In this document: in pieces, positions 1 through 8,580 of the stretch | How the letters are laid out: each line of letters begins with the position of its first letter | Position numbering within the stretch: position 1 is the stretch's first letter | Source of the DNA: Candidatus Brocadiia bacterium | Lineage (GTDB): Bacteria; Planctomycetota; Brocadiia; SM23-32 | Direction of reading: 5' to 3' | NCBI GenBank assembly: GCA_046538485.1 | Contig: JBKHIT010000030.1 | Coordinates: 1 to 57,449, forward strand | DNA length: 57,449 nt | Position numbers and translations under genes: made by a program | The notes under the pieces: model-generated | Told to the model about the DNA's origin: nothing | Database searches by the model: none | Seen by the model: the letters and a program-made list of their open reading frames with translations, nothing else

Positions 1-247
1 CTATAAATCTTACAGCAGGAACGGCCTTCATATTAACTACGTCTGCTCCGGCCCTTTGGGCCTCTTTTGAAACGGCAGTCGACACGCTAAACGCATATCG
101 GCGTAAAGCCGGTGGTGACGCGGGTGTGGGTGGACCGCCGGTAGTGTAAAGTACGGCTCCACCGGGGTGAACGCGGTGATCGGAGCAACGGCAGTTGTGA
201 GTAACGACAGTTCAGAGTGAACGGGGAACGGAAAACGGACACGCCGT

Positions 248-343
248 CAGCCCTCGCAGAGGGCGCCGGCTTTCTAACCCCGGGTGTGAACCCGGGGTTT
301 GGGGCCACAAGCCCCAAAAATGAACCCCCGCAGGGGGTGACAC
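248..343 (+). repeat. REP-like three-hairpin module
   Basis: Hairpins CCCTCGCAGAGGG, CCCCGGGTGTGAACCCGGGG and AACCCCCGCAGGGGGTGACA; same architecture occurs inverted at 489-585. Confidence 0.65.
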
Positions 344-347
344 AAGC

Positions 348-396
348 GGACAGAGGACAGAGCTGCAGAGGACAGAGGACAGAGGACAGAGGACAG
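348..396 (+). repeat. Heptamer tandem repeat (GGACAGA), about 7 units with one degenerate
   Basis: ggacagaggacagagctgcagaggacagaggacagaggacagaggacag read directly. Confidence 0.9.
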
Positions 397-488
397 CGAC
401 GACATTACGGGATAACGACGATACGACAACGGCAATACGGAAAACGACAACGGCGGAACGACAGAACGGCGATATGGCAACGACGAGG

Positions 489-585
489 TGCCACCCGCTG
501 CGCGGGTTCGGGGTTGTTTTTTCCCGCACCTGTCCCACGGGTTTGCACCCGTGGCTATCCGAGTGTCACCCGCTGCGCGGGTTGA
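489..585 (-). repeat. REP-like three-hairpin module (inverted relative to 248-343)
   Basis: CACCCGCTGCGCGGGTT occurs twice, flanking the CCACGGGTTTGCACCCGTGG hairpin. Confidence 0.65.
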
Positions 586-598
586 ACGACGAACGCGA

Positions 599-647
599 AC
601 GACTGACGACAAAGCGGTGGCGAGCCACCGCACTCCGTAGCCGGCGG
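599..647 (+). repeat. REP-like palindrome AAGCGGTGGCGAGCCACCGCACTCC (copy 1; degenerate copy at 903-950)
   Basis: Shared ACGACTGAC...AGCGG...CCGCACTCC..AGCCGGCG frame at both sites. Confidence 0.65.
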
Positions 648-747
648 CACCGGCCGGCGAAATGTCCCGCGCGCCAACGGCGCGCTGTGGATTGCGGTGT
701 GTTAAAATGGGCCGGAGGCGCGTTTTACTCACCGCTGTGTCGTTCCG
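645..747 (+). repeat. Dispersed repeat of about 103 bp, copy 1 (copy 2 at 17389-17491)
   Basis: Ungapped manual alignment shows about 13 mismatches in 103 nt. Confidence 0.9.
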
Positions 748-1108
748 GAAAACGTCGGATACCGCACACTTTCATTTTGGGGGGCCTGGGGTAAAAATCG
801 GCGTGCTGCGGTCCAACACGGTCCTCAGCGCCGACAACGGCGATACGGAAAACGGCAACGGTACGCGGCGAACACGAGAAACCAGCTAACCAGAAACCAG
901 CAACGACTGACAGCATAGCGGCAAAAAATCGCCGCACTCCACAGCCGGCGCGCTGCGCCGGCGGGTGCCCAGCACAAGCCGATTCGGAGACGGTTACCCT
1001 GCATTTCTACTGAACCTTAGAGAAAAATTGTCATAAACGGCAGTTCAGAGAGATATTGGAACGCATAAGGCGCGCATTCATAAAAGAAGATTTTTATCGG
1101 AAAATCAT

Positions 1109-1137
1109 TTGAACAGATCTCGCCGATTCTGTACTAT
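1109..1137 (+). promoter_or_regulatory. Putative sigma70 promoter for the riboswitch leader
   Basis: TTGAAC-17 nt-TACTAT just upstream of the aptamer. Confidence 0.5.
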
Positions 1138-1147
1138 GAATGATGTA

Positions 1148-1305
1148 GCGAGCGGAGCCTGTCGTTGTTAGCAGGCCAGGGAAAACGGTGAGACTCCGTT
1201 GCGGACCCGCCGCTGTAACCGGTAGTGAGTGCCCGGTTCCGACCACTGTCCGATTGGATGGGAAGGTTGGGCGCCGCGTCGACCGGAAGCCAGAAGACCT
1301 GCTCG
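1148..1305 (+). ncRNA. Cobalamin (B12) riboswitch aptamer
   Basis: Conserved blocks AGGGAA..CGGTG.GA.TCCG, CCCGCCGCTGTAA, CCACTG...GGGAAGG and B12 box AGCCAGAAGACCTGC; lies upstream of a Btu-type ABC transporter; boundaries approximate. Confidence 0.93.
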
Positions 1306-1406
1306 TTGCACAGTGCTGTTTGTATCTTCGGGTTGCAGTGCGGCGTATGGCCGACTGCCAAGAGATGCGGCACGGAGCCCGATGGGTTCCTTTCTTCTGC
1401 AACTTG

Positions 1407-1436
1407 CCCGATGCAACAGCTGCATCGGGTTTTTTT
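1407..1436 (+). terminator. Intrinsic terminator of the riboswitch expression platform
   Basis: CCCGATGCA-ACAGC-TGCATCGGG followed by T7. Confidence 0.85.
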
Positions 1437-1495
1437 GTTGCCTGCCGCCTCCCGAAGGGATTTCCTGTATCTCGTTGGATCCCTGGAGGTTTGTT

Positions 1496-2290
1496 GTGTT
1501 CCGTTCTAAAGGCTTTACTCTGATAGAACTTCTGGTTGTCATCGCGATCATCGCGATCCTTGCAGCCATGTTAATGCCCGCCCTGGCTTCTGCCCGGGAA
1601 TCGGCTCGTCAAGCAAGTTGTCTCTCAAATCTCAAGCAGCTGGGGCTGGCGTCGCAGATGTACCTGAACGCCGGGGATGATCTGCTCCCACCGATGGACT
1701 ATCATCCAGACCCCCAAGACAACACCTACTACACTGTGGTTTTCGGCAGCTATAACACGGGCAATCAAGACGTTCACTACGATCGTGGGTCTCTGTCCGA
1801 TTTCATATCCGGTTCGAATGGGGACATCTGGCGCTGTCCAGAACTCAAATCCGGTGACGTGATATCCCGTGTTTTGCCGGACAACCGGGTAGCATCCGCG
1901 TATGGTTACAATTTCAACCTTGCCAACACGTGGACGGGACCGGGGTGGTACGATTACGAATATCACCGCATCCAGAGCATCGAAAAGACATCGAAAACAC
2001 TTTGCTTCATAGATTCTGCCATCAATTATCTGGTTAGCTGGGGAAGTCCAAACGATTACGGCAACCTAAGGGAAAACTGGACCATCGACTGGTACCCGGT
2101 GGCTGATAATGATTTCAACGATCCGGATCGCGATGGTTCGGGGCATTTTCGACACAATGGCCGACTCAATGCTTTGTTCTGGGACGGACATGTTGAGGGT
2201 CTTCAGCCGCCGAGGCCCGACTTTCTGGAAACCAACAACAACTGCGATTTTGTCTATCGCAGCACATCGCCCTACTACGACGGCAATTGA
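1496..2290 (+). CDS. Prepilin-type N-terminal cleavage/methylation protein, DUF1559-like, with C-terminal H-X9-DG motif
   Basis: GGAGG RBS then [62 protein letters not shown]. The ORF-track start (1229) lies inside the riboswitch. Confidence 0.9.
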   Translation: MFRSKGFTLIELLVVIAIIAILAAMLMPALASARESARQASCLSNLKQLGLASQMYLNAGDDLLPPMDYHPDPQDNTYYTVVFGSYNTGNQDVHYDRGSLSDFISGSNGDIWRCPELKSGDVISRVLPDNRVASAYGYNFNLANTWTGPGWYDYEYHRIQSIEKTSKTLCFIDSAINYLVSWGSPNDYGNLRENWTIDWYPVADNDFNDPDRDGSGHFRHNGRLNALFWDGHVEGLQPPRPDFLETNNNCDFVYRSTSPYYDGN

Positions 2291-2360
2291 ACGGTGGAAC
2301 AGAAAGACACGCCGGGGTATCGATTCCGAAACGGTTGATGAAGAGGCTCCGGGATAGATC

Positions 2361-3290
2361 ATGCAGAAGACAACGATCATGAGCGTGGCTCTTGCGCTGA
2401 TTGCAGGTGTTATTGGATCGGCGTCTCTCCAAAATATTTCTCCCCACCACGACGCTTCCCCGGAAGCTATCGATCGCGTCATCTGCATGTCGCCGGCGGT
2501 CACTGAAATCGTCTTTGCGCTCGGGCAGGGAGACCGTGTGGTGGGTATCAGCCAGTATGTCACCTATCCCCCCGAAGCGCTCGATATTCCTACATGCGGC
2601 GGTTTCTTTAATCCAAATTTTGAACAGGTGATGGCTCTCGAACCGGATCTCGTCTTGAGCCAGGGTTTGAGCGAAAGCGTCAACGAATTTTGCAGCGACC
2701 GCGGGATTAATTTTCACTCGGTTGAGTTGAGCGATCTGGAATCGGTTTTTGCGGCCATTCGCGAGATCGGGGATGAACTCGGAACGCCGGGGAAGGCTGC
2801 GGAGCTCTGCGATAGCTTGCGCGAGCAACTGCGCGACATCGCGCGGAAGACACGCAACCGTCCTCGGCCCGAAGTGCTGCTTATTATCGGTCGCGACTCG
2901 GGCACATTGCGCAATCTTTCCACGGCGGGGAGAGGAAGTTTTCTGCACGATATTCTCAAGATCGCCGGTGGGAAAAACATCTTTGCGGATATCGAAAAGA
3001 ACTACTCAAGCGTCGGGAAAGAAGCGGTCACCTCGCGATCTCCGGAAGTCATCATCGAACTCCACGGAGAAGGCATGTTTGACAATAAAAGAAAAGCCAG
3101 GATTCGGGAGACATGGAGCGAACTGTCTTCGATCCGGGCCGTCAAAACCGGCCGAATCTACGCGATCGGGGCGACGTACGCCCTTTTGCCGGGGCCTCGC
3201 CTGACGAAAATCGCCCGCAGATTTGCTGAATTTCTCCATCCCTCCATTATGGAAAGATCCACGCATGCAACCGGTGATGTCGGTCAATAA
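2361..3290 (+). CDS. btuF: Cobalamin/Fe-siderophore ABC substrate-binding protein (BtuF-like)
   Basis: Signal peptide; ICMSPAVTEIVFALG..RVVG, PNFEQVMALEPDLV, PGPRL; B12 specificity inferred from the riboswitch. Confidence 0.85.
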   Translation: MQKTTIMSVALALIAGVIGSASLQNISPHHDASPEAIDRVICMSPAVTEIVFALGQGDRVVGISQYVTYPPEALDIPTCGGFFNPNFEQVMALEPDLVLSQGLSESVNEFCSDRGINFHSVELSDLESVFAAIREIGDELGTPGKAAELCDSLREQLRDIARKTRNRPRPEVLLIIGRDSGTLRNLSTAGRGSFLHDILKIAGGKNIFADIEKNYSSVGKEAVTSRSPEVIIELHGEGMFDNKRKARIRETWSELSSIRAVKTGRIYAIGATYALLPGPRLTKIARRFAEFLHPSIMERSTHATGDVGQ

Positions 3291-4071
3291 CTGTTCTTTC
3301 TCCTACGGAGAGGGGGAATTCCGCCTGCAGGATGTTACGCTCGATGTGCATGCGGGGGAAATGCTGGGGATCGTCGGGCCTAACGGATCCGGCAAAAGCA
3401 CGCTCTTGCGGATAATGGCGGGTCTTCTTTCGACTTCTACCGGTGAGGTTACGATTGACGAACACCCGGTATCATCGATGAAACGAAGGGACTTTGCCCG
3501 GGAGGTAGCGTTTCTGCCACAAAGTCCTGAATCCTCCTTCGAATTCACCGTTCGTGAAGTGGTTGCCCTCGGACGTCACCCGTATCAGGGCGCTTTCGGA
3601 CTTCTGACAGCGGGAGATCAGGAGGTGATTTCCGAAGCGCTGGCCGAAACCGAATCCGAAAATCTGGGGAACAGATTTTTCTCCAGCCTGTCGGGCGGGG
3701 AAAAACAACGGGTTCTCGTGGCGAGTGTCCTGGCGCAGGAACCACGCGTTCTTCTTCTGGACGAGCCGAGCGCATCACTGGATATTCACCACAAATCGCA
3801 CGTTTTTGATCTGCTGTGGACGATATCGCGCAGAGAGATGGCCGTGGTGGTGGTCACACACGATCTGAACACCGCCAGCCGTTACTGCGATGTTCTGGCA
3901 CTTTTACATCAAGGGTCGCTGGAGCGCAAAGGAAAACCGGAAGAAGTGATGAATCAGGAATTGCTGGCCAGCGCTTATGATACACCGGTTAAGGTTGTGG
4001 GCCACCCGGTAACGGGCAAACCGATGGTTCTGGTTCTGGGGAAGAAAACTCGTGAACAAAATCAGACATGA
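3265..4071 (+). CDS. btuD: ABC ATPase (BtuD/FepC-like)
   Basis: GPNGSGKS, LSGGEKQR, LLLDEP, THDLN. Confidence 0.88.
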   Translation: MQPVMSVNNCSFSYGEGEFRLQDVTLDVHAGEMLGIVGPNGSGKSTLLRIMAGLLSTSTGEVTIDEHPVSSMKRRDFAREVAFLPQSPESSFEFTVREVVALGRHPYQGAFGLLTAGDQEVISEALAETESENLGNRFFSSLSGGEKQRVLVASVLAQEPRVLLLDEPSASLDIHHKSHVFDLLWTISRREMAVVVVTHDLNTASRYCDVLALLHQGSLERKGKPEEVMNQELLASAYDTPVKVVGHPVTGKPMVLVLGKKTREQNQT

Positions 4072-5086
4072 CCTGAGCGCCCGCAAACTGGGTCTGATAA
4101 TTGCCGTATTTCTTGTTATCAGCCTCCTGGCGGGCATCGTATGCGTTTTTTTTGGGTCGGCTGCCCTCGGTGTGGGGGAGGTGTTCTCGATACTTTTGCC
4201 CGGCGGTGGACCCGCCGAGGAGATTCCGTTCAACATTGTGATTTATCAGAGGGTGCCACGGGTTCTCCTGGCGCTTATGGCCGGTGGCGGGCTTGCGGTG
4301 GCCGGCGCGGTTTTTCAGGCGCTTCTGCGCAATCCACTCGCGACCCCCCATACGCTGGGGGTCTCGGCCGGTGGAGCGCTCGGTGCCGCGGTTGCAATAC
4401 TTTTCGATCTCACTTTTCCATCGTTCGGTGCGTTCGGAATGGTGCAGATCTGCGGCCTGGCGGGTTCGCTTGGCGTCATGATAATTATCTATCTGCTGGC
4501 CCGCCATAAAGAACGGTTTTCCACACTGAAACTCCTTCTCGCGGGCGTAACGATGGCCCTGGTGGCTTCGGCGATGATCATGTTCATCCGGTATATGGCC
4601 GACCCGCACAAACTGGTCCGGCTGGACCGCTGGCTCATGGGTGGTTTGCAGGTTAACAGTTACAGAACACTGGCGGCCGTGCTCCCGCTTTATCTGCCAG
4701 CCGTTGTTTTACTGTTCAGCCAGTTGAGCAATCTCAACCAGCTCGCTTTCGGCGAAGAGCTTGCGGCCGGACGCGGTCTCAACGTCCCGGCGGTTCAGAT
4801 CAGTGCGTTTGTGGGAGGATCGCTCCTGACTGCTTCCATTGTTTCGGTGGCCGGTCCGATCGGATTTGTGGGCCTGATCATACCCCACACAATTCGCTTG
4901 ATTCTCGGACCGGACCATCGGGTATTGCTGTTCGGATCTTTTTTCGCGGGGGCTGCGTTCCTGGCGATCGCCGACACGTTTGCCCGGACCGTGCTGGCGC
5001 CGACAGAGCTCCCGGTGGGGGTTTTGACGGCAATGCTGGGTGGGCCCTTTTTCCTGGTACTGCTGATTCGGAAAAGAGATTGGTAA
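4052..5086 (+). CDS. btuC: FecCD/BtuC-family permease
   Basis: RVPRVLLA, FQALLRNPLA.P..LGVS.G, GPIGFVGLIIPH, ELPVG. Confidence 0.88.
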   Translation: MNKIRHDLSARKLGLIIAVFLVISLLAGIVCVFFGSAALGVGEVFSILLPGGGPAEEIPFNIVIYQRVPRVLLALMAGGGLAVAGAVFQALLRNPLATPHTLGVSAGGALGAAVAILFDLTFPSFGAFGMVQICGLAGSLGVMIIIYLLARHKERFSTLKLLLAGVTMALVASAMIMFIRYMADPHKLVRLDRWLMGGLQVNSYRTLAAVLPLYLPAVVLLFSQLSNLNQLAFGEELAAGRGLNVPAVQISAFVGGSLLTASIVSVAGPIGFVGLIIPHTIRLILGPDHRVLLFGSFFAGAAFLAIADTFARTVLAPTELPVGVLTAMLGGPFFLVLLIRKRDW

Positions 5087-5144
5087 ATTGGTCCATTCCA
5101 CTTGAGTTTGTGGGTTCAGGCCAAATACTCTGAATGATTTTCAC

Positions 5145-5540
5145 ATGGAAAGGATCTCTATTTTGGCTTCCACAGTCACCGACGCTCGGCCCTTTTTTCC
5201 AGAGGATTGGATAATTTTGTTGGTTCTCGCTCTGCCGATTCTTTCGTTTGCCGGATGCGGAGGCGAATACTCCACCTCCGGGACCTCCGAAAAAGAAATT
5301 AAGCAGGTAACATCGGCGGTTGAAGCATATTTTGCCGAGGCAAAGGGGGCGTCAGCCTCGGAGAAAAAACGGATGCCTGCCTGGTTGCACGGAGCTGAAA
5401 AACCCAGAGTGAAAAACGTGGAGAAGATGAATGGCCGATACAAGGCTCTCGTTGAAATTGGCTTCGCCGGAAAGACGCTATCTCACTATTTTATTCTGGA
5501 AGACAAAGATGGCGAGCTGCAGGTTACCGGGGTGATCTGA
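5145..5540 (+). CDS. Hypothetical lipoprotein
   Basis: Hydrophobic stretch ending FAGC (lipobox-like); fills the gap before convergent aroA; start uncertain. Confidence 0.6.
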   Translation: MERISILASTVTDARPFFPEDWIILLVLALPILSFAGCGGEYSTSGTSEKEIKQVTSAVEAYFAEAKGASASEKKRMPAWLHGAEKPRVKNVEKMNGRYKALVEIGFAGKTLSHYFILEDKDGELQVTGVI

Positions 5541-5543
5541 CAC

Positions 5544-6821
5544 TCATTCAGTCTGAATACGGGCTCCGATTTCGCGCATAAGATCGGCAAACTCCGGGAA
5601 GGTTATTGACACAGCCTCTGCCGTTTTCACTGTTGTCTGACCGGACGCTGCGAGCCCCGCCACTGCGAGGGCCATGACGACCCGGTGGTCGGCATGCCCA
5701 TCGACAACGTTGCCTGCCAGGCTGTCGCCTTCAATAACCAGTCCGTCTTCCAGTTCTTCGATGGTGGCTCCCATTTTCCGCAATTCAGCCGTCATCACAG
5801 CGATGCGATCGGTTTCTTTCATGCGAGCCTGAGGAACGTTGATTAGCCGCGTTTCCCCGTCCGCCAGGGTTCCCGCCACCGCCAGCGCGGGAAGCGCATC
5901 GGGCGTTGCGTTCAGGTCAAACGTTACGCCCTGCAGTCGTTCCGGTCCCTGGATGCGAATGGTTCGTTCGCTGGCATCGACGCGGCACCCCATTTCTGCC
6001 ATCATCGAGACGACGGCTTTATCGCCCTGGCTATCGTTCATGTCGAGTCCTTCGAGGACCAGTTCCGAGCCCGTTATCGCGGCCGCGACGAGGAAAAAGG
6101 TCGCGCTGGAGAAATCGGCCGGGACGGTTTTATCGAAAGCCCGGTATTTCTGTTTTCCGGGGATCCGGAAATTCTGGAGGTCTTCGGACGCCTCCAGCTC
6201 AATTCCGACACTTTCCACCCACCGCCGTGTCATTTCGACGTATGGTTTTTCGTGGAGTAGCGGGGTATTGACACAAGATTCATTTTCTGCGGCCGGGCAG
6301 GCGATGAGAAGGGACGACATGTACTGGCTGGTGGGGCATTCAATTTCGACCTCTCCCCCATTTAATCCACCTCCGACGATGAGGGGGGCACATCCGTTTT
6401 TCTTTTTGGAGTAGGCAGTCGCGCCAAGGGATGAAAGTGCTTCCAGGAGCAGCGCTCCCGAGCGGCGCTGGATCTGATCGTCACCCGTCAACTCAGTGAG
6501 CCCGTTCGCCAGGGCGGCCGCGCCCATACCCAGGAAGAGCGTTGTCCCGGAGTTCCCGATATCGACGGTTTGCTCAGAGGCCACAGGCTGACGGTTTGTG
6601 CCTGTTATTTTCCAGACCGAAGGATCGGAGTCGTCGACCGCAGCGCCGAGGCTGCGGACGAGTTTCAAGCAGCTCCGTGTATCGGAGGAATCCAGGGGTT
6701 CACGGAGGTTGGATTGTCCGTGGGCGAGCAGACCGAGGATAAGGCCGCGGATTGTATGGGATTTGCTTCCCGGAATGCGGATTTGACCTCTGAGATTGCT
6801 CTTTTTAATTTTGAACTGCAC
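5544..6821 (-). CDS. aroA: 3-phosphoshikimate 1-carboxyvinyltransferase
   Basis: PGSKS, GNSGTT, SQYMSS, R.KETDRI, DHR motifs; GTG start after AAAGGAG. Confidence 0.95.
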   Translation of the reverse strand: MQFKIKKSNLRGQIRIPGSKSHTIRGLILGLLAHGQSNLREPLDSSDTRSCLKLVRSLGAAVDDSDPSVWKITGTNRQPVASEQTVDIGNSGTTLFLGMGAAALANGLTELTGDDQIQRRSGALLLEALSSLGATAYSKKKNGCAPLIVGGGLNGGEVEIECPTSQYMSSLLIACPAAENESCVNTPLLHEKPYVEMTRRWVESVGIELEASEDLQNFRIPGKQKYRAFDKTVPADFSSATFFLVAAAITGSELVLEGLDMNDSQGDKAVVSMMAEMGCRVDASERTIRIQGPERLQGVTFDLNATPDALPALAVAGTLADGETRLINVPQARMKETDRIAVMTAELRKMGATIEELEDGLVIEGDSLAGNVVDGHADHRVVMALAVAGLAASGQTTVKTAEAVSITFPEFADLMREIGARIQTE

Positions 6822-6999
6822 GTTTTCTCCTTTCGAAGTCAACGGCGAGTTTAATTTCGCAGATCGCCGAGTGCAACCTCATAGGGGTTTTCCCTCGCGA
6901 GGCGGAGGTTACGGGACATATTTTTATTATTATCGAGGGGCCAGTACCCCTTATGAAACCTATCCAAAAGCATCTGAGGTGGTTTAAGGGCATTTTTAA

Positions 7000-7028
7000 T
7001 TGACAGAAGTGCGGTCTATCCGTACAAT
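7000..7028 (+). promoter_or_regulatory. sigma70 promoter of the rpmF-plsX-fab operon
   Basis: TTGACA-17 nt-TACAAT. Confidence 0.7.
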
Positions 7029-7201
7029 AATTTCACTCGTGAGAGAACCTTTACCACTTGGAGAACATTCCAGGTCAGTACAGAGCCCCGCACAAAGGCG
7101 TTACTTCCTATCATCAGTGCTTTTCACGAGTTCAAATTTATGGGATTGTGTGATAGGGTTTTTGTATGTCTGACTTTTGACGACGGGAGACGTATATAAC
7201 A

Positions 7202-7426
7202 ATGGCTGTTCCGAAGCGGAAAACGAGCAAATCAAGAAAACGGAAACGACGGACCCACCAGGGATGTGATCCCCCAAACGTTCCGAAGATGCAGAAATCC
7301 CATCCCCCGAGTTCTCGGTCTCAGCGCTTTTTTTGCAGTAATTGTGATCAACCGAAACCGCCCCATTCGATTTGTCCCAACTGCGGTTATTACCGTGGTC
7401 GGGCGATGATCGAAGTGGAGCGCTAA
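7202..7426 (+). CDS. rpmF: 50S ribosomal protein L32 (Zn-binding type, with insertion)
   Basis: MAVPKRKTSKSRKRKRR, CSNC...PH.ICPNCGYY; located before plsX. Confidence 0.93.
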   Translation: MAVPKRKTSKSRKRKRRTHQGCDPPNVPKMQKSHPPSSRSQRFFCSNCDQPKPPHSICPNCGYYRGRAMIEVER

Positions 7427-7460
7427 AGCTTCATCAGGTAGGCTGCATTCCGAGCAAAAT

Positions 7461-8552
7461 ATGGCGATACCCGAAAGCGCGAATCAGAAACGTTCTTTTG
7501 ATGACGGCAAGCTCCATATAGTAGTTGATGGTGTCGGCGGGGACAGAGCGCCCTCAGAACCCGTTGCAGGAGCCGTGACAGCGGCCAGGCGTTTTGATAA
7601 GACCCTCATTACCCTGGTGGGCCCTCGCGAACTCCTGGAGGAGGAAGTAACCAAACACGGGGGGCAGCCTTCCAACCTTCAGATCGAAGGGGCGCCCGAG
7701 GTCATCGGGATGCATGAATCGCCCGTTCGTGCGTTGCGGGAGAAACGCGATTCCTCAATAAACCGGGGAGCGACTCTTGTTGCCAGCGGGACTGCTGATG
7801 CTTTTGTGAGTGCCGGGAACACCGGCGCGGTGGTGGCCGCCAGCACGCTGGGAATGGGGTTGATCGAGGGCGTTCAGAAACCCGGCATTGCCATTCCAAT
7901 TACCGCTCTGGACCATTCTGTCCTCATAATCGATGTCGGGGCAAACGTTCATTGTAAGCCGACCCACCTTTTCCAGTATGCTCTGATGGCCGATGTCTTT
8001 GCGCGGGATATTCTTAAGCAACCTGAACGTCGTGTCGGCCTTCTGAATGTCGGAGAGGAAGAGCGCAAAGGGACAACTCTGCTGAAGGAAGCCCACGAAC
8101 TTCTCGCCGATGCCCCCATCAACTTTGTCGGCAATATTGAGGCGCGGGAGATCTTTTTCGGCGGATGCGATATCGTTGTCTGCGAAGGGTTTGTTGGAAA
8201 CGTTCTTCTGAAAACCAGTGAAAGTCTTACGATGAAACTGGTCCAGTATCTTAAAGAGGAAATCAGCAAAAAGTTTCTCCGGCGAATCGGTTTTGCACTC
8301 TGTAAAGACGTTTTTAAAGCCGTGCGGAATTCCGCCGATTACGCCGAATACGGCGGGGCTCCCCTGCTGGGTATCGATGGAGTTACAATCATCGGTCATG
8401 GGCGGTCCGACGCGAAAGCGATTGAGAACGCGGTGCGCGAAGCCCGGAGTTTTGTGAGCCATAAGGTCAACAGCAGCATTATCGAAGCACTTCGCTCGGC
8501 TCAATCGATGAGTGAGAATTCCGACCAGGAACACGCGGCGAAATTCAGTTAA
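7461..8552 (+). CDS. plsX: Phosphate acyltransferase PlsX
   Basis: VDGVGGDRAP, SAGNTGA, DVGAN, NVGEEE.KG, YGGAPLLG, HGRS. Confidence 0.95.
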   Translation: MAIPESANQKRSFDDGKLHIVVDGVGGDRAPSEPVAGAVTAARRFDKTLITLVGPRELLEEEVTKHGGQPSNLQIEGAPEVIGMHESPVRALREKRDSSINRGATLVASGTADAFVSAGNTGAVVAASTLGMGLIEGVQKPGIAIPITALDHSVLIIDVGANVHCKPTHLFQYALMADVFARDILKQPERRVGLLNVGEEERKGTTLLKEAHELLADAPINFVGNIEAREIFFGGCDIVVCEGFVGNVLLKTSESLTMKLVQYLKEEISKKFLRRIGFALCKDVFKAVRNSADYAEYGGAPLLGIDGVTIIGHGRSDAKAIENAVREARSFVSHKVNSSIIEALRSAQSMSENSDQEHAAKFS

Positions 8553-8580
8553 CCCCCCTACTCTTTTGGCAACGGATGGA

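Noticed and set aside
1..31. Possible minus-strand gene start (MKAVPAVRFI...) leaving the window
   Set aside because: Only 10 codons are visible, with no motif
345..490. CRISPR array
   Set aside because: Short tandem units without unique spacers; no cas genes
87..937. Overlapping ORFs in the first kilobase
   Set aside because: They are translations of palindromes and tandem repeats with no family motifs
1229..1495. N-terminal extension of the 353-aa ORF
   Set aside because: It overlaps the riboswitch and terminator; the RBS and GTG at 1496 fit a prepilin leader
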